Under the pieces are notes generated by a model. The model was given only the letters and a program-made list of their open reading frames with translations. It was not told where the DNA came from and searched no databases. DNA of 63,673 nucleotides, filler included, from Octopus bimaculoides (taxonomy: Eukaryota), in NCBI RefSeq assembly GCF_001194135.2. It is 7 parts of 7 records of this genome, joined end to end, with 100 filler letters (N's around TTAATTAATTAA, not from the genome) between each part and the next. Parts side by side here need not be neighbours in the genome. Positions count along the whole stretch, not along the records: positions 45,056 to 58,005 come from NC_068998.1; positions 58,106 to 59,845 come from NW_026376393.1; positions 59,946 to 62,443 come from NC_068981.1; positions 62,544 to 63,673 come from NC_068985.1; 3 more parts are not named here. One strand, given 5' to 3'. Made by a program: the position numbers and the translations under genes. Of this stretch, positions 52,201 through 63,673 are shown in pieces (position 1 is the first letter of the stretch; every line of letters begins with the position of its first letter).

Positions 52201-52331
52201 AAGTACATGCCAAGTAGTGGCTTTATTTCTGTCTGCAACTTTGCTCTAAGATGTGTCCTTGATATTGATTACATATTTATTATGATGTATAAAGTAAGTA
52301 TAATACTGAATTCTTTTTTTTTTTTTTACAG

Positions 52332-52508
52332 TTTTGATGTGGAAAATGGTCAAGCACCAGGCCGTAGTCCCTTGGAAATGAGTCCTTCATCAGGATTAAT
52401 ATTACAAAATTTACCTCAGCGACGAGAATCATTTCTTTATAGATCAGATAGTGACTATGAACTGTCTCCAAAATCAAATTCAAGAAACTCCTCTATAGCC
52501 AGTGAATT
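52332..52508 (+). CDS. PDE4: Internal coding exon of cAMP-specific phosphodiesterase 4 (PDE4/dunce), UCR1 region; phase 2 at both ends
   Basis: Translates (S)[58 protein letters not shown](L), the PDE4 UCR1 signature with the RRESF PKA site. Poly-T tract plus CAG acceptor at 52329-52331 and TT|GTAAGT donor at 52509. The next exon (HGEDLIVTPFAQ-type) was not found in the window. Confidence 0.96.
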
Positions 52509-52694
52509 GTAAGTAAATCTATTAAAGAACTTTATTGTCTTTCACTGTTTTAAACGTCCAATCAATTTCAGTTTTTTATCAATATTTCTTATAAAAGTTG
52601 AACATATAGTATGTACATACCAATTTAGTAAATTGCATATAGTATGTACACTATTATTATTGTCATTGCCTTTGTGGTTAATAAAAGAAATCAT

Positions 52695-52729
<35 letters not shown>

Positions 52730-52807
52730 ATTATTATTATTAATAATAATAGTAATAATAATAATAATGGATTGGTGGCTTCTGCCAATCTATTGCCATA
52801 AAAATGT

Positions 52808-53030
52808 TGTTGGATTGGCAGAATAATTAGTGTGCCAGGCAAAATGCTTTCTAGTATTTGTTCTGCATCTTTCCATTCTGAGTTCAGATCTTTCTTAAGC
52901 CAACTTTGCTTTTCATCCTTCTGGGGTCCATAAATTGAAATACCAGTCAAAGACTGGTACGAAGGCTGGGCTTGGTAGTATTGACTAAACCGCTTCTCTC
53001 AAAATTGCTGACCTTGTGCCTAAATCAGCA
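52808..53030 (+). mobile_element. SINE family B
   Basis: CTGAGTTCAGAT B-box and GCCAACTTTGCTTTTCATCCTTCTGGGGTC core. Confidence 0.75.
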
Positions 53031-54987
53031 ACAATTTTTTTCAATATAAATCACATATCACATGTATGCTAATTATCATTGTGAACTCAACCCCCCCCCC
53101 AAAAAAAAACAAAAAAAAACAAGAGAGTGAATGTTATTTGATGGGACTCCCAATTTTCAGCAGACTGCAGCAGGCAAGTGCTATCCAATTCCAATATATC
53201 TGTGTGGACTTTCATTGACACTTTGCTAAACTGTTCATGTGGAATAATGAACTGGAGGTGGTGAACTTAAATGTTTATGAAGACAATCTATTGTTTCTAG
53301 TTCATTTCTAGTTATTTCTAATTATTTCTCTTCTGTATGTTCTATTTCTCATTGTCTCTTTATGTATCTTTTGTGTTGAACCCTTTTATTTGATGTAGAT
53401 CCCCTACCATTTCTTTCAATTTATTGGTCACATGATTTCTAGTCCTTGTGGTCACTAAAATATTTTTTTATTATTCAGATTTCTTTTTTAATACTTTCAC
53501 TACCCTCCCGAGTAAAGCTTGTATGCTTAGGATATGTGCTGTGTTTGTCTTATTGTTTTGATCATCCACATAATATGGGTGAAATGCTCTGTAATGCTAC
53601 CCTCGAAATGTTTGGCGTATTTTAAAATCCTTTTATTACTGTTGTTGTTTATATTATTATGAATTACATAAAAAAAGATATATTATTATTATGACTCTCA
53701 TGGTGTGAAGACATGTTTCTTCTCTCTCAGATATTCTTGGCAAACTCAGTTTACACATGTTTTTGCCACATTTTCACATTCAAAATGGCTCAGATAGAAA
53801 CATTGTACAAGACAGAATATTGCAACAGCAAATGATGTGGAAAAGACAAAAAAGAAAAAAGATACAAATTACACAATGAAATAAACAAAAAGAAGAAAAA
53901 AAATTAGCATTTTATTGAACAATTCATTGAAAAAATTGATTTGTGAATCAGATAGTCTCAAAGACGGCTATAATAACAACAACAACAGCAACACTCACAC
54001 AGTGGATATATTACACAAATAGAATGCATAGATTTATCACAGGTCCAAAAAGAAGTAAAGAGAATTTTGTAAAACTAGATACTTTCTTTGCTACAAGATG
54101 TGACCTGAGAAAGATCAAAGAAAAAATTATACATGTGTTCTAGAAAGAATGTTTCTGAATTAGAATTACCATTGAAGTGAAAATTACAATAAGTATTTGA
54201 TGATATCTTAGGATAAATTATCTCAATCAAAAGGGTATAGTATTGTTTGTTGCATATTTAAAACCAAAGACTCAGCTAAAACAAAACCTTATACTTGTTC
54301 CCCAGTGTATGGAACAAACAAATACATAAGTGATTATAAGAGGCATTGAAAACAGTGTTGATCTGTGGTTGATTGTTAACTCTACTTCTGCAGTATGGAC
54401 AGGAGAGTTAACAAGGAGCAATATGTGGTGAGAACTTTGAAAGACTAGGCCAGAAGACAAGAAAGTAAAGCAACATCAACTAGCTGAGGCAGCAACAAGA
54501 ACATCAAGCTCTAGTTTTCCAAGCATCATCAGTCTCACTTCAGAAGCCTTGGAAAATACCACCCTCTCCTGATTGAGTGACTGTACCACAGACTCTTGAC
54601 CTCTGTCCATTCAGCCTTATTATGTATGGCTTTACAGTCAAAGGAGACATAACTCTAATTCCCCCATTTTTCTTTTCTTTTGTCTTTTTTTCCTTTTCCT
54701 TTCATTTTCCAGTGTTTTCACCCTCCCACTTTTTACATCTACCTTCTTGCTTTTTCTCATATTTTCTCTTATTCTACTATTCCGCTTTAGCTTGTATATA
54801 CCATGTGAGCACAGCCTGCGGATTGCCTGAAGGCACCAGGGATATAAAATGTCTGTTGTTTTTATTGNNNNNNNNNNNNNNNNNNNNNNNNNNNNNNNNN
54901 NNNNNNNNNNNNNNNNNNNNNNNNNNNNNNNNNNNNNNNNNNNNNNNNNNNNNNNNNNNNNNNNNNNNNNNNNNNNNNNNNNNNNNN

Positions 54988-55021
<34 letters not shown>

Positions 55022-55364
55022 GACGAATATTTCTGAGATACAACAAAAATGCATTTTGATGCTAAGAGTTTACTAGAGTGCTTTATGTGTTTAGAATCAA
55101 ATCTCTTACACAAAAAATATATGCGTCAGTATTATTTCCATCAGCAGGAAGAAAGGAACTGAATTTGAGATTCACTTATTGATATTCACCCATTGTTGCA
55201 AGACTAAAATGGATGTGTGACATAAAACAAGTTGAAATGTCGTAATTTCAAATGTCATTCTATTTTTGCGTAAATTCTTACACAAAAGTGTTCTATGTAG
55301 CCAAATTTAAAATTTAAAAAATAGAAAGGTTCATCATGATGATAAATATTACACAAACACATAT

Positions 55365-56056
55365 ATCATCATCATCGTTTAACATCCATCTTCCATGCAT
55401 ACATGGGTAGGGCGGTTGACAGGACCTGGCCAGGTAGAAAATCTACCCAAGGTTATTGTGTCTGTTTTGACAGGGATATTATGGCTGAATGCCCTTCCTA
55501 ACACCAACCACTCCACATAGTAGTCTCAGTGATTTTAACATGGCACTAACACAGGCGAAGTTAGTTTTGGCAAGATTTTTACAGCTGGATGCCTTTCCAG
55601 ATGCCAACCATGTTACAGTGTGGACTGGTTGCTTTTAACGTGGCACCAGCACTGGCAGGGTAACCAAGTAACTCACAAGACAAAGAATTATGAGAAGGGC
55701 AGGGCATTTGTGCCAGAGGATGAAAGTTAGAGTGCGACAAAGAGACAGAGAGACAGAAGCAGGTGTCTTGCCACAGCAGAAGGGGGCATTAGAGGAGGTT
55801 ATCCAGTATCAAATGATGAAAAATTAGAGTATAACAGAGAAATAGAGAGAGGCAGAAATAGGTGTCTTGCTATAGAGGAGGTACATAGTTACCCAGTGAA
55901 AGAGAGAGACAGACAGACAGGGACAGAGAGAGGGGATAGAGAGTGAGAGAGAGGTACAGAAAGAAACCAGAAACAAGTGTGCTGATGTAGAGGTGATACT
56001 TGGTTACCTAGTCAGAGGAAAAACAAGAGAAGGAGAGAGAGAGTGACCAGGGGGAA

Positions 56057-56116
<60 letters not shown>

Positions 56117-57210
56117 TAGGAAACAGCAAAAGTATCAGAGAGAGCAGTAGAGAGGTGATGTAGTGCTAAGGTATGAGAATAGAACCTGGTTAGAAAAATA
56201 GGGAGTAGGTGTGCATGGTGGGAGTTAGCGGGGGAGCAGTGATACAGTGAACACAGCAGTAGGGGCAAGAAAGGGGACTGGAAAACAGTCATGAGGAGGA
56301 AATGTGAGGAAGAGAAAGATGCAATTAAAAGAGGAGTTGTAGTTTGATTTCTCAGGGTAGAGCTTGTGAAAAGTGTATTGTTACATATGGATGCAACACA
56401 ACTTTTCTAGCTCTCAGTTTTGTGGACGGGTTTTCCCTAGGACCTCATATTACCAAACATCTCAATCTACTATCATTTCCTCTGTGAGCCCCAACATCCT
56501 AGGATCAGTCCTCATCACTTCATCCCATGTCTTCTTGGGTCTCCCTCTTCCACAGGTACTATCCACTTTCGGCAACAAGCACTTCTGTATACAGCTGTCT
56601 TTACTCATATACATCACATGTCCAAACCAACGCAGTTTCCTCTCCTGTATACCACATTCAATCCCTCTTGTGCTTAAGTTTTCTCTTAACACAGATGTGC
56701 TCTGTTGGTCATGCACACTGATGTTGCAAATCCAATGGAGCATACTACCTTCATTCCTCTCCAGCCTATGCATGTCCTCTGCAGCCAGAGCCCATGTAAC
56801 ATAGCTGTTCTCACACAAGCATCATACAACCCCACTTTCACTCTGAGAGAGAGTACTTTTGCTACCAACAGAGGTAGTAATTCTCTGAACTTCCTCCATC
56901 CTGTTCTTATTCGAGAAACAATACTTTCAAAGCATCTACCTCCATTACTAATTTGGTCACCTAAATAGCAGAAACTATCAACTACCTCAAGAGAGCTTCC
57001 TGGGCATTTGAGAGAGTTTAAGCCTGTTGTGCTCTTAGTACTTACTGTTCCTGTCCATCTGCCACACATGAAAATAACTTTATCTGATAATCTTCCCATG
57101 ATTCCACTACATCTTTTATGCATCCGTAGGTTACACTTGGTGCAGCGAATGGAATTACATCCCACTTCTTTCCTGCATATTGAACAGGGCCATTTGCCAG
57201 CTGGAATGAA
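55365..57210 (-). mobile_element. 5'-truncated RTE LINE, same family as 22473-25790
   Basis: PHD-like finger, SFCYLGDQIS, RIRTGWRKFRELLPLL, KVGLYDACVRTAMLHG, GRGRPKKTWDEV, shared 3' UTR and GAT tail. Confidence 0.92.
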
Positions 57211-57341
57211 AGTCTTATTTATATAAACACATATATAGAAAATTAAGAAATTATATAGATATTCATGTTAGCATTTGTATGTATATATGTGTGTGTGTAC
57301 ACACGCACACATACACACGCACGCACGCACACACACACACA

Positions 57342-57710
57342 TTTTCTTTTATCTCTTACTTGTTTCAGTCATTAGACTGCAGCTATGCTGAGATATCACC
57401 TTGAAGTGTTATTGATTTACCCCCAGTACTTATTGTTTTAAAATCTGGTACTTAGTCCGATGTAAACAAATGAACCCTGATTGTCAAATGGTTGGTGAAG
57501 AAACACAGACACATACACACACATATATATATAAATATGTATGATGTGCTTCTTTCAGTTTTCATCTACTAAATCCTATCACAAGGCTTTAGTTGGCCTG
57601 AGGATTTAGTAGAAGACACTTACCCATTGTGCCATGCAATGGGATTGAACCCAGAACTATATAGTTGGGAAGCAAACTTCTTACCCAACTGCACAGCCAT
57701 GCCTGCACCT
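57342..57710 (-). mobile_element. Full-length SINE family A, degraded
   Basis: Reverse complement of head, core and tail. Confidence 0.8.
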
Positions 57711-57766
57711 ATATATGTGTGTATGCATATATGTATGTGTGTATGCATATATGTATGCATATATCA

Positions 57767-57801
<35 letters not shown>

Positions 57802-57806
<5 letters not shown>

Positions 57807-58005
57807 CAATTAAGAGTATGAAGACCGGGAAAGCCCCCGGCCCATCAGGAATCAATGCAGAGATGCTCAAAATATCTGGCAGTGTTGGCTATAGCCTAGT
57901 CACCCGTATTACGAACCAGGTGATACACGAAGGAGTCATACCCAATGACTGGTGTAGCAGCATCATAGTCAACTGCTACAAAGGTAAAGGTGACGCTTTA
58001 GATAC
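57802..58005 (+). mobile_element. RTE reverse transcriptase N-terminal fragment (intact frame, cut by gap)
   Basis: KAIKSMKTGKAPGPSGINAEMLK...IPNDWCSSIIVNCYKGKGDALD corresponds to RT subdomains 0-1. Confidence 0.88.
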
Positions 58006-59020
58006 NNNNNNNNNNNNNNNNNNNNNNNNNNNNNNNNNNNNNNNNNNNNTTAATTAATTAANNNNNNNNNNNNNNNNNNNNNNNNNNNNNNNNNNNNNNN
58101 NNNNNTAAATAGATAAATAAATAGATAGATAAATAAGTAGAACTCCCAAAGGGGGGGGGCTTCGAAAAAGGAAAGGTTACATGTGGAAAACCCCACAAAA
58201 CCACGGGAGCCTGGTCAGAAAAATAAGAATGGTGGCTGGACGTGTTCTTCTCTGCTCTGACCATTCAGTAGCCGAAATCCATAGAAACACGGGGAAAAAT
58301 AACTCTCAAAGACTGGAATATCTACAAAATCCCGTGAGTATTTAAAATTCCCTTCAAAATAAGTGAAGAAATGTACAAATATACAAATTTACATATCTAC
58401 AGTTATCAAACACACAAACTTTAATATCCACAACTGTTGTGAATACTCATCCCTACCTCTATCCCTGAGTATTCGAAAAAGTAAACATCCTTCTTTTTTT
58501 ATTCTAAAAACATTATAGTTTTCTCTGTGTGGACATACAAAAAAAAAACAACTTTGGTGAATCTTAAAAGTCTCTGTGAAAATTTGACTCTTCTTGTCTT
58601 TTCTTTCCTTTCTCTCTGAGTATTCAAAAATGTAAGCATCCCTTTTATTGCAAAAACACAATCGTTTTCTCTAACTGGAGATACAAACGAACATCTCTAG
58701 AAAAGTCAACTTTAATTTCTACAATATTACCTTTATTTTCTCCCTGAGTACCCGAAATATGCAAACATACCTTTTATTGTAATAACAGAAATGCACGTGG
58801 AAAAAAAAGGATAATAAAAATAATAAATAATAAATTCTCTCTGGTCGAACACAACTTCTCTATTCAGAAATAATACAGAACAGAGTAAGTCGGTCCTTAC
58901 TTAGTTTTTCTTAAGGTCAAGGTCACTGTTGCAGTTGTTCGCTGCTAGTTGTAGATATTTGAACTCTTTTTGACCGATCGGTCCCATCCCACTACAAAAA
59001 AATAGATTACATGAGCCACT

Positions 59021-59063
<43 letters not shown>

Positions 59064-59224
59064 GCTGCTGTTGCTGCTACCACTGCTGCTGCTACCACTG
59101 CTGCTGAAGTCACAACTACTACTANNNNNNNNNNCCACTGCTGCTGCTACCACTGCTGCTGAAGTCACAACTACTACTACTATTACCACTGCCGCTGCTG
59201 CTGCTGCTGCTGCTAATGATGATA

Positions 59225-59845
59225 AATGCGGCCCCTGTGTGAAGATTAGTGATTTAACAAATAAATAAATGTATAAAAAATAAATCAATAAAAATATTTT
59301 TAAAAATTGAAAATTTAATAATTATTTAACTTTACTTAAAAAAGAAAAGACAATTTCAAACAGTACACCGAATCGCTTGTCCAATGTTTATTCTGGAAGC
59401 GCGCCTATCAGCAGCCTGTCAGCCTGACGACGAAAAAATTTCAGATGGCAGAATATCTTCCCCGAATACGAACCTGGAAGGTAACTTAAACGGGATTCGT
59501 CCCAAATTAAGCCCCCAAATTTCACCACCACAACGACCACAAAATCAAAAATGTAAAAGAACTAAAAGGAACCGGGAAGAATATAAAGAAGTAATATACG
59601 CTGATTACTTTGCATTAAGTAGGCCAGCCCAAGAGAAACACACCGCAAACTCCTACAGAATTTGGAGGAGCCGCAATCCAGCTAGCAGACCAAATCTAGA
59701 TGAAAACAGATTAGCAAATGTTAGAAGAGATATCTTCAGAAATACCAGACTCACAAATGCAGAATTGACCTCTATTAAAAAAGCGGTAGAGAATAACCTA
59801 AATATAAGTCAGGAAAGAAATAATGAAGCAGAGGAGAGGAACGTT
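59225..59845 (+). mobile_element. 5' part of a probable R4/Dong-clade non-LTR retrotransposon
   Basis: ORF 59384 contains KRTKRNREEYKEVIYADY...YRIWRSRNP...NRLANVRRDI...LTNAEL, resembling the R4/Dong N-terminal domain; it starts after a trinucleotide microsatellite and is cut by a gap. Confidence 0.55.
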
Positions 59846-60945
59846 NNNNNNNNNNNNNNNNNNNNNNNNNNNNNNNNNNNNNNNNNNNNTTAATTAATTA
59901 ANNNNNNNNNNNNNNNNNNNNNNNNNNNNNNNNNNNNNNNNNNNNTTTCAGCCCAAAGGATGTGGACATGCTGAGGCACCGCCAGTACATGTAAATATAT
60001 ATTTATCTAAGTATATGTATGTGTATATGTATTTATATTTATATATATATATACACATCCACAATCACACAATATCAATATATAATACACACGTACAGAT
60101 ATATATGGTCTGACGGACACTAGTGAGCCGAAAGTTGTTTTATAACTGCCCAAGTTTAGTACTACGGGATGAATCAATTGTATCATATATTTTCCCGTTG
60201 TTTTCGAATTTTTACTTGTTTCCATAGTCGTGTAATACGCTGTTTTACCTTTCTTACGTACTCATTCGCCCTCCATGTTTATGATCTTTTACAAATATTT
60301 TGCCGCATATTAATTGAACAGTGATTATGGATAATTAATCAGATACTTATGTATAAAATATTTTCGCATATTTTTGCAAGAGTTGGGTGATATGTGTTTT
60401 AAAATAATAATATTTCGTTTGAATTGAATGATAATCCTCGTATACAGCAAAAACAGAAAAATTAAAATAAATAAATGAAATAAAGAAGAAGTAACGAAAT
60501 GTCAAAACGATTTACACATATGTCCAAATTTAGCAAACTAAAGCAAATTGAAACGTCAGGAAATTAAAATATATCGACAAAGATAATTTAGAATAAGTAT
60601 GAAAAAAAAAAAAGACAACATATAGAAGACAAAACAAAAAAACAAAACAAAACAACATATAAAAGCCAAAAACAAAAAAAACAAAAATACATTGTAACAA
60701 CGAGTTGAAATACTTTCTCAATGTCGTATGCGCTGTTTTGAAATTACGAGGATGATAAAAAATATTTCATAAAAAAATGCAGAAAAGACAAACGGACAAT
60801 TGTCCACACCTCCGATCCAGTATGTGCGTTGACGCGTGAGTGGTATGTAGGTATGTATGTCTTTCCCCCTCTGCCTCACTTTCCCCCCTCTCCTTCAGTC
60901 TCCCCCTCTCATACTCCATTCCCCCTCTCTCTCTCTCTCTATCTA

Positions 60946-61003
<58 letters not shown>

Positions 61004-61004
61004 C

Positions 61005-61357
61005 TTTATCTTTCATCTTATACTAGTTTCAGTCAGGCCGTCTTAAAGAACTTTTAGTCGAATATATGGACCCCAGTACTTATTTTTTAAAGCCTGATAT
61101 TTATTCTATCGCTCCCTTTGTCGAACTGCTATATTACATGGATGTAAACCCACCAGCGTCGGGGGTAAACACAAACATAAAGACACACACACGCACACAT
61201 ACATATATACGACGGACTTCTTTGAGTCTCCATCTTACAAATCCACTCACAAAGCTTTGGTCGGCGCGGGGCTATAGTTGAAGACATTTGCCCAAGGTGC
61301 CACGCAGTGGGACTGAACCCGGAACCACGTGGTTGGGAAGCAAGCTTCTTACCACAC
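61005..61357 (-). mobile_element. SINE family A, CpG largely retained
   Basis: Reverse complement of head and core with a shortened tail. Confidence 0.82.
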
Positions 61358-61361
61358 CTAC

Positions 61362-61431
<70 letters not shown>

Positions 61432-62869
61432 ATACCAGCAGGATGGCGAGATGACATGAAATTTCTATTTCATTTGACCAGTTTTTCGTTTCTTTGAAGA
61501 AACCGGAAAATTTCCTACTGTATAGTTTCAAAATATACCCAACTTAAGTAATGCGAGATGGAATTCTCGAGCAATACTAGTTCTTTTGGCATTTACTCTT
61601 CTACCAGAATTAAGATTTTTGCTTCTCAATGTTTGCCGACTCACCTCTTATAACTGGGATGATTTTTGGATTACTGACCAAATATTCAATGTACATGATT
61701 ATCAGAAGTTATGTGAGTCGAGAACCGTCAAAACTGAAAATTCCCAGAACAAATCAGAGTTTAGAACGGGCAATCAAGTGCCTTCAAGATCATTATGATG
61801 GTTGTAAAAAGAAAGAGAAACTTTAGCTTCGATTTATTTTATCTAACAAAACATATAGATTCTTTATGTTTAAAAATTTGCTAACATTCAGCTCCCTTTT
61901 TCCTATACAGGTATTTAAAATTGGAATTAAACCTATAAAGTTAAAAATATGTATTGTTTTCAATTTTGTATGTCATCGGATGCTTGTAGTGGCCTCTGTC
62001 TTAAAATAGCCCTAGTTTTGAACCTTTGCATAAAGCAATTTCAATTCAGTAGTCTTGAAAATGTATAAATAAAGTTTTATTCCACATCTCTCTTGCATTT
62101 ACAAGGATTTAGGCAGCGGAAATACTGAAGTGTGAATCTAGTGCCACCTAGTGATTATAGTTTAAAAAGCCCATAACTCCGAAACTACTTCAACTAGAAA
62201 GCTGAAATTTCAGATATACTATTTCTGTTTGTATTGAGCCAGCACACCAGGTTTGGTAAAATTCGAGCAGGCATTATGAAATCCCTAGAATTTTGCATGA
62301 TTTGGGTCAAAAATGGTCATTAATTTCTTAAGTTGGGGGTAACATTTTCTTCAAAATAAAGTATAAAGTGTTAGTTTTCTGACTTTTCATAAAATTATTC
62401 ATCGAATAACAGTAGAGGGTTATTAGGTTGTGAAAAGTCATAANNNNNNNNNNNNNNNNNNNNNNNNNNNNNNNNNNNNNNNNNNNNTTAATTAATTAAN
62501 NNNNNNNNNNNNNNNNNNNNNNNNNNNNNNNNNNNNNNNNNNNTCTTCAATGAGAATATTGACCAAGGTTACCGTGGTCTTTTCCGTGGGCTTTTCCTTC
62601 CACGGCTAAACCTAAACTGTCCTCCCCTCTTTTTACACGAGAACATTACTGTGTGATACACGATCCCTATTGACCGGCCTTTCCTTTTCTTTTTTTTTCG
62701 ATCCCTTTTGATCGAACTGCCCCTTTTTCCCTTCCTACGATCCCTTTTGATCGACACCACCAATTTTTTTTTTTTTTTTTTTCCTTCCTTCCCCCTCCCA
62801 AAAAGAAAAGCTCTACATTGTATTTGTCCCATCTTCGTTGAGCCCTGTGTGGCTAATAAAAGAAATGTA

Positions 62870-62900
<31 letters not shown>

Positions 62901-63266
62901 CAGTCTTTCAACATTACATACATACGCACACGCACCACACATATACTATAATGCTTATCAGAAATTGATAATAGAATGAAGCAAGGAGACTTCAGTACTT
63001 ATATAGAGTGAATACGTGTATTTATACAGTACAGAATGGCCTTATTATTCACTATTGCCAGTTTAACGACTGAATTACTAATTCTATTAATCAATGAGAT
63101 TGATATTCTTAAATTCAAAGATATTTCAGGCGAAATGCCAATTTGGACAATTTATAAACAGCCATGTTTGAATGATTCATGCGCCAAAACATGATGGTAT
63201 GTGAAAGCTGATATCTTGATTTTATCTTATGGCTTATGAATGATAGGTTCAATGTGACAAGACGGA

Positions 63267-63483
63267 CGAGAGGGTGCTGAAAATTTCCTAGCTTTGGGTA
63301 AAAGAAAATACCGGAGGATCAGTTAATTATGATTTTATTCAACATATTCCCCTCTCAGGTTCCCATACCTATTGCAGTGGTCCTTCAATTTTTCTAAGCC
63401 CTGTAAAAGAACTCGGAAGGTTGGACCTCCAGCCAGGCTTTTCGAGACATCCATAAAGGCAGAAACTTTTCAGCACCCCCTGG
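63267..63483. mobile_element. Mariner-derived MITE (217 bp)
   Basis: TIRs CGAGAGGGTGCTGAAAATTTCCT and GGCAGAAACTTTTCAGCACCCCCTGG, followed by TA. Confidence 0.75.
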
Positions 63484-63673
63484 TATATGCTAATTTAAAG
63501 ATTTCACTCTTAGACATTTTCCATTTAGTAAACATCTGAGCATTTGTGCAAATAGGAAATTTTGAATATTCCCCTTTAAAAAAAAATAAAAGACGAAAAT
63601 GATCCAACATGAAAAGCAAAAGAAGAATACTTCATAAGAATACTAAATGCGAAACTAAACAGGAAGCAATCAA

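Noticed and set aside
52207-52331. N-terminal part of ORF 52207-52512 (MPSSGF...FFFYS)
   Set aside because: Read-through of intron and poly-T acceptor tract; only 52332-52508 resembles PDE4.
59420-59445. CTGACGA-CGAA-AAAA-TTTCA-GA
   Set aside because: Lacks GAAA and stem III.
61876-62443. Possible DNA-transposon end (also 18410-18654)
   Set aside because: Looks repeat-like, but the other terminus is in a gap, so no TIR or TSD can be shown.
1-63673. CRISPR arrays, rRNA, prokaryotic operons or defence systems
   Set aside because: No repeat-spacer arrays, rRNA motifs or dense ORF organisation; the sequence is animal intronic or intergenic DNA.

Overview
Eukaryotic, AT-rich, microsatellite-saturated gapped scaffold. 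The SINE, RTE and simple-repeat make-up suggests an octopus or other coleoid cephalopod (inference, no database search run). Only one host coding exon is recognisable: the UCR1 exon of a long-form cAMP phosphodiesterase 4 (PDE4/dunce) at 52332-52508 (+), so much of the window is probably long PDE4 introns. The rest is tRNA-derived SINEs, decayed RTE LINEs, mariner, hAT, piggyBac-like and Helitron-type elements, foldback repeats and N gaps. Six gaps carry an artificial TTAATTAATTAA linker. Almost all listed ORFs are gap or microsatellite artefacts or transposon remnants. The most interesting signals are RNA-level: (1) a textbook AG|GTAAGT recursive-splice site with a downstream RS-exon at 35260-35437; (2) three type I hammerhead ribozyme motifs, one in a 306-nt partial tandem unit resembling a retrozyme or Penelope pseudo-LTR; (3) a canonical-geometry pri-miRNA hairpin at 3277-3360; (4) a 5-8 nt microexon candidate just before UCR1; (5) several long intronic hairpins that could be ADAR substrates. 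All functional claims are untested inferences from sequence.
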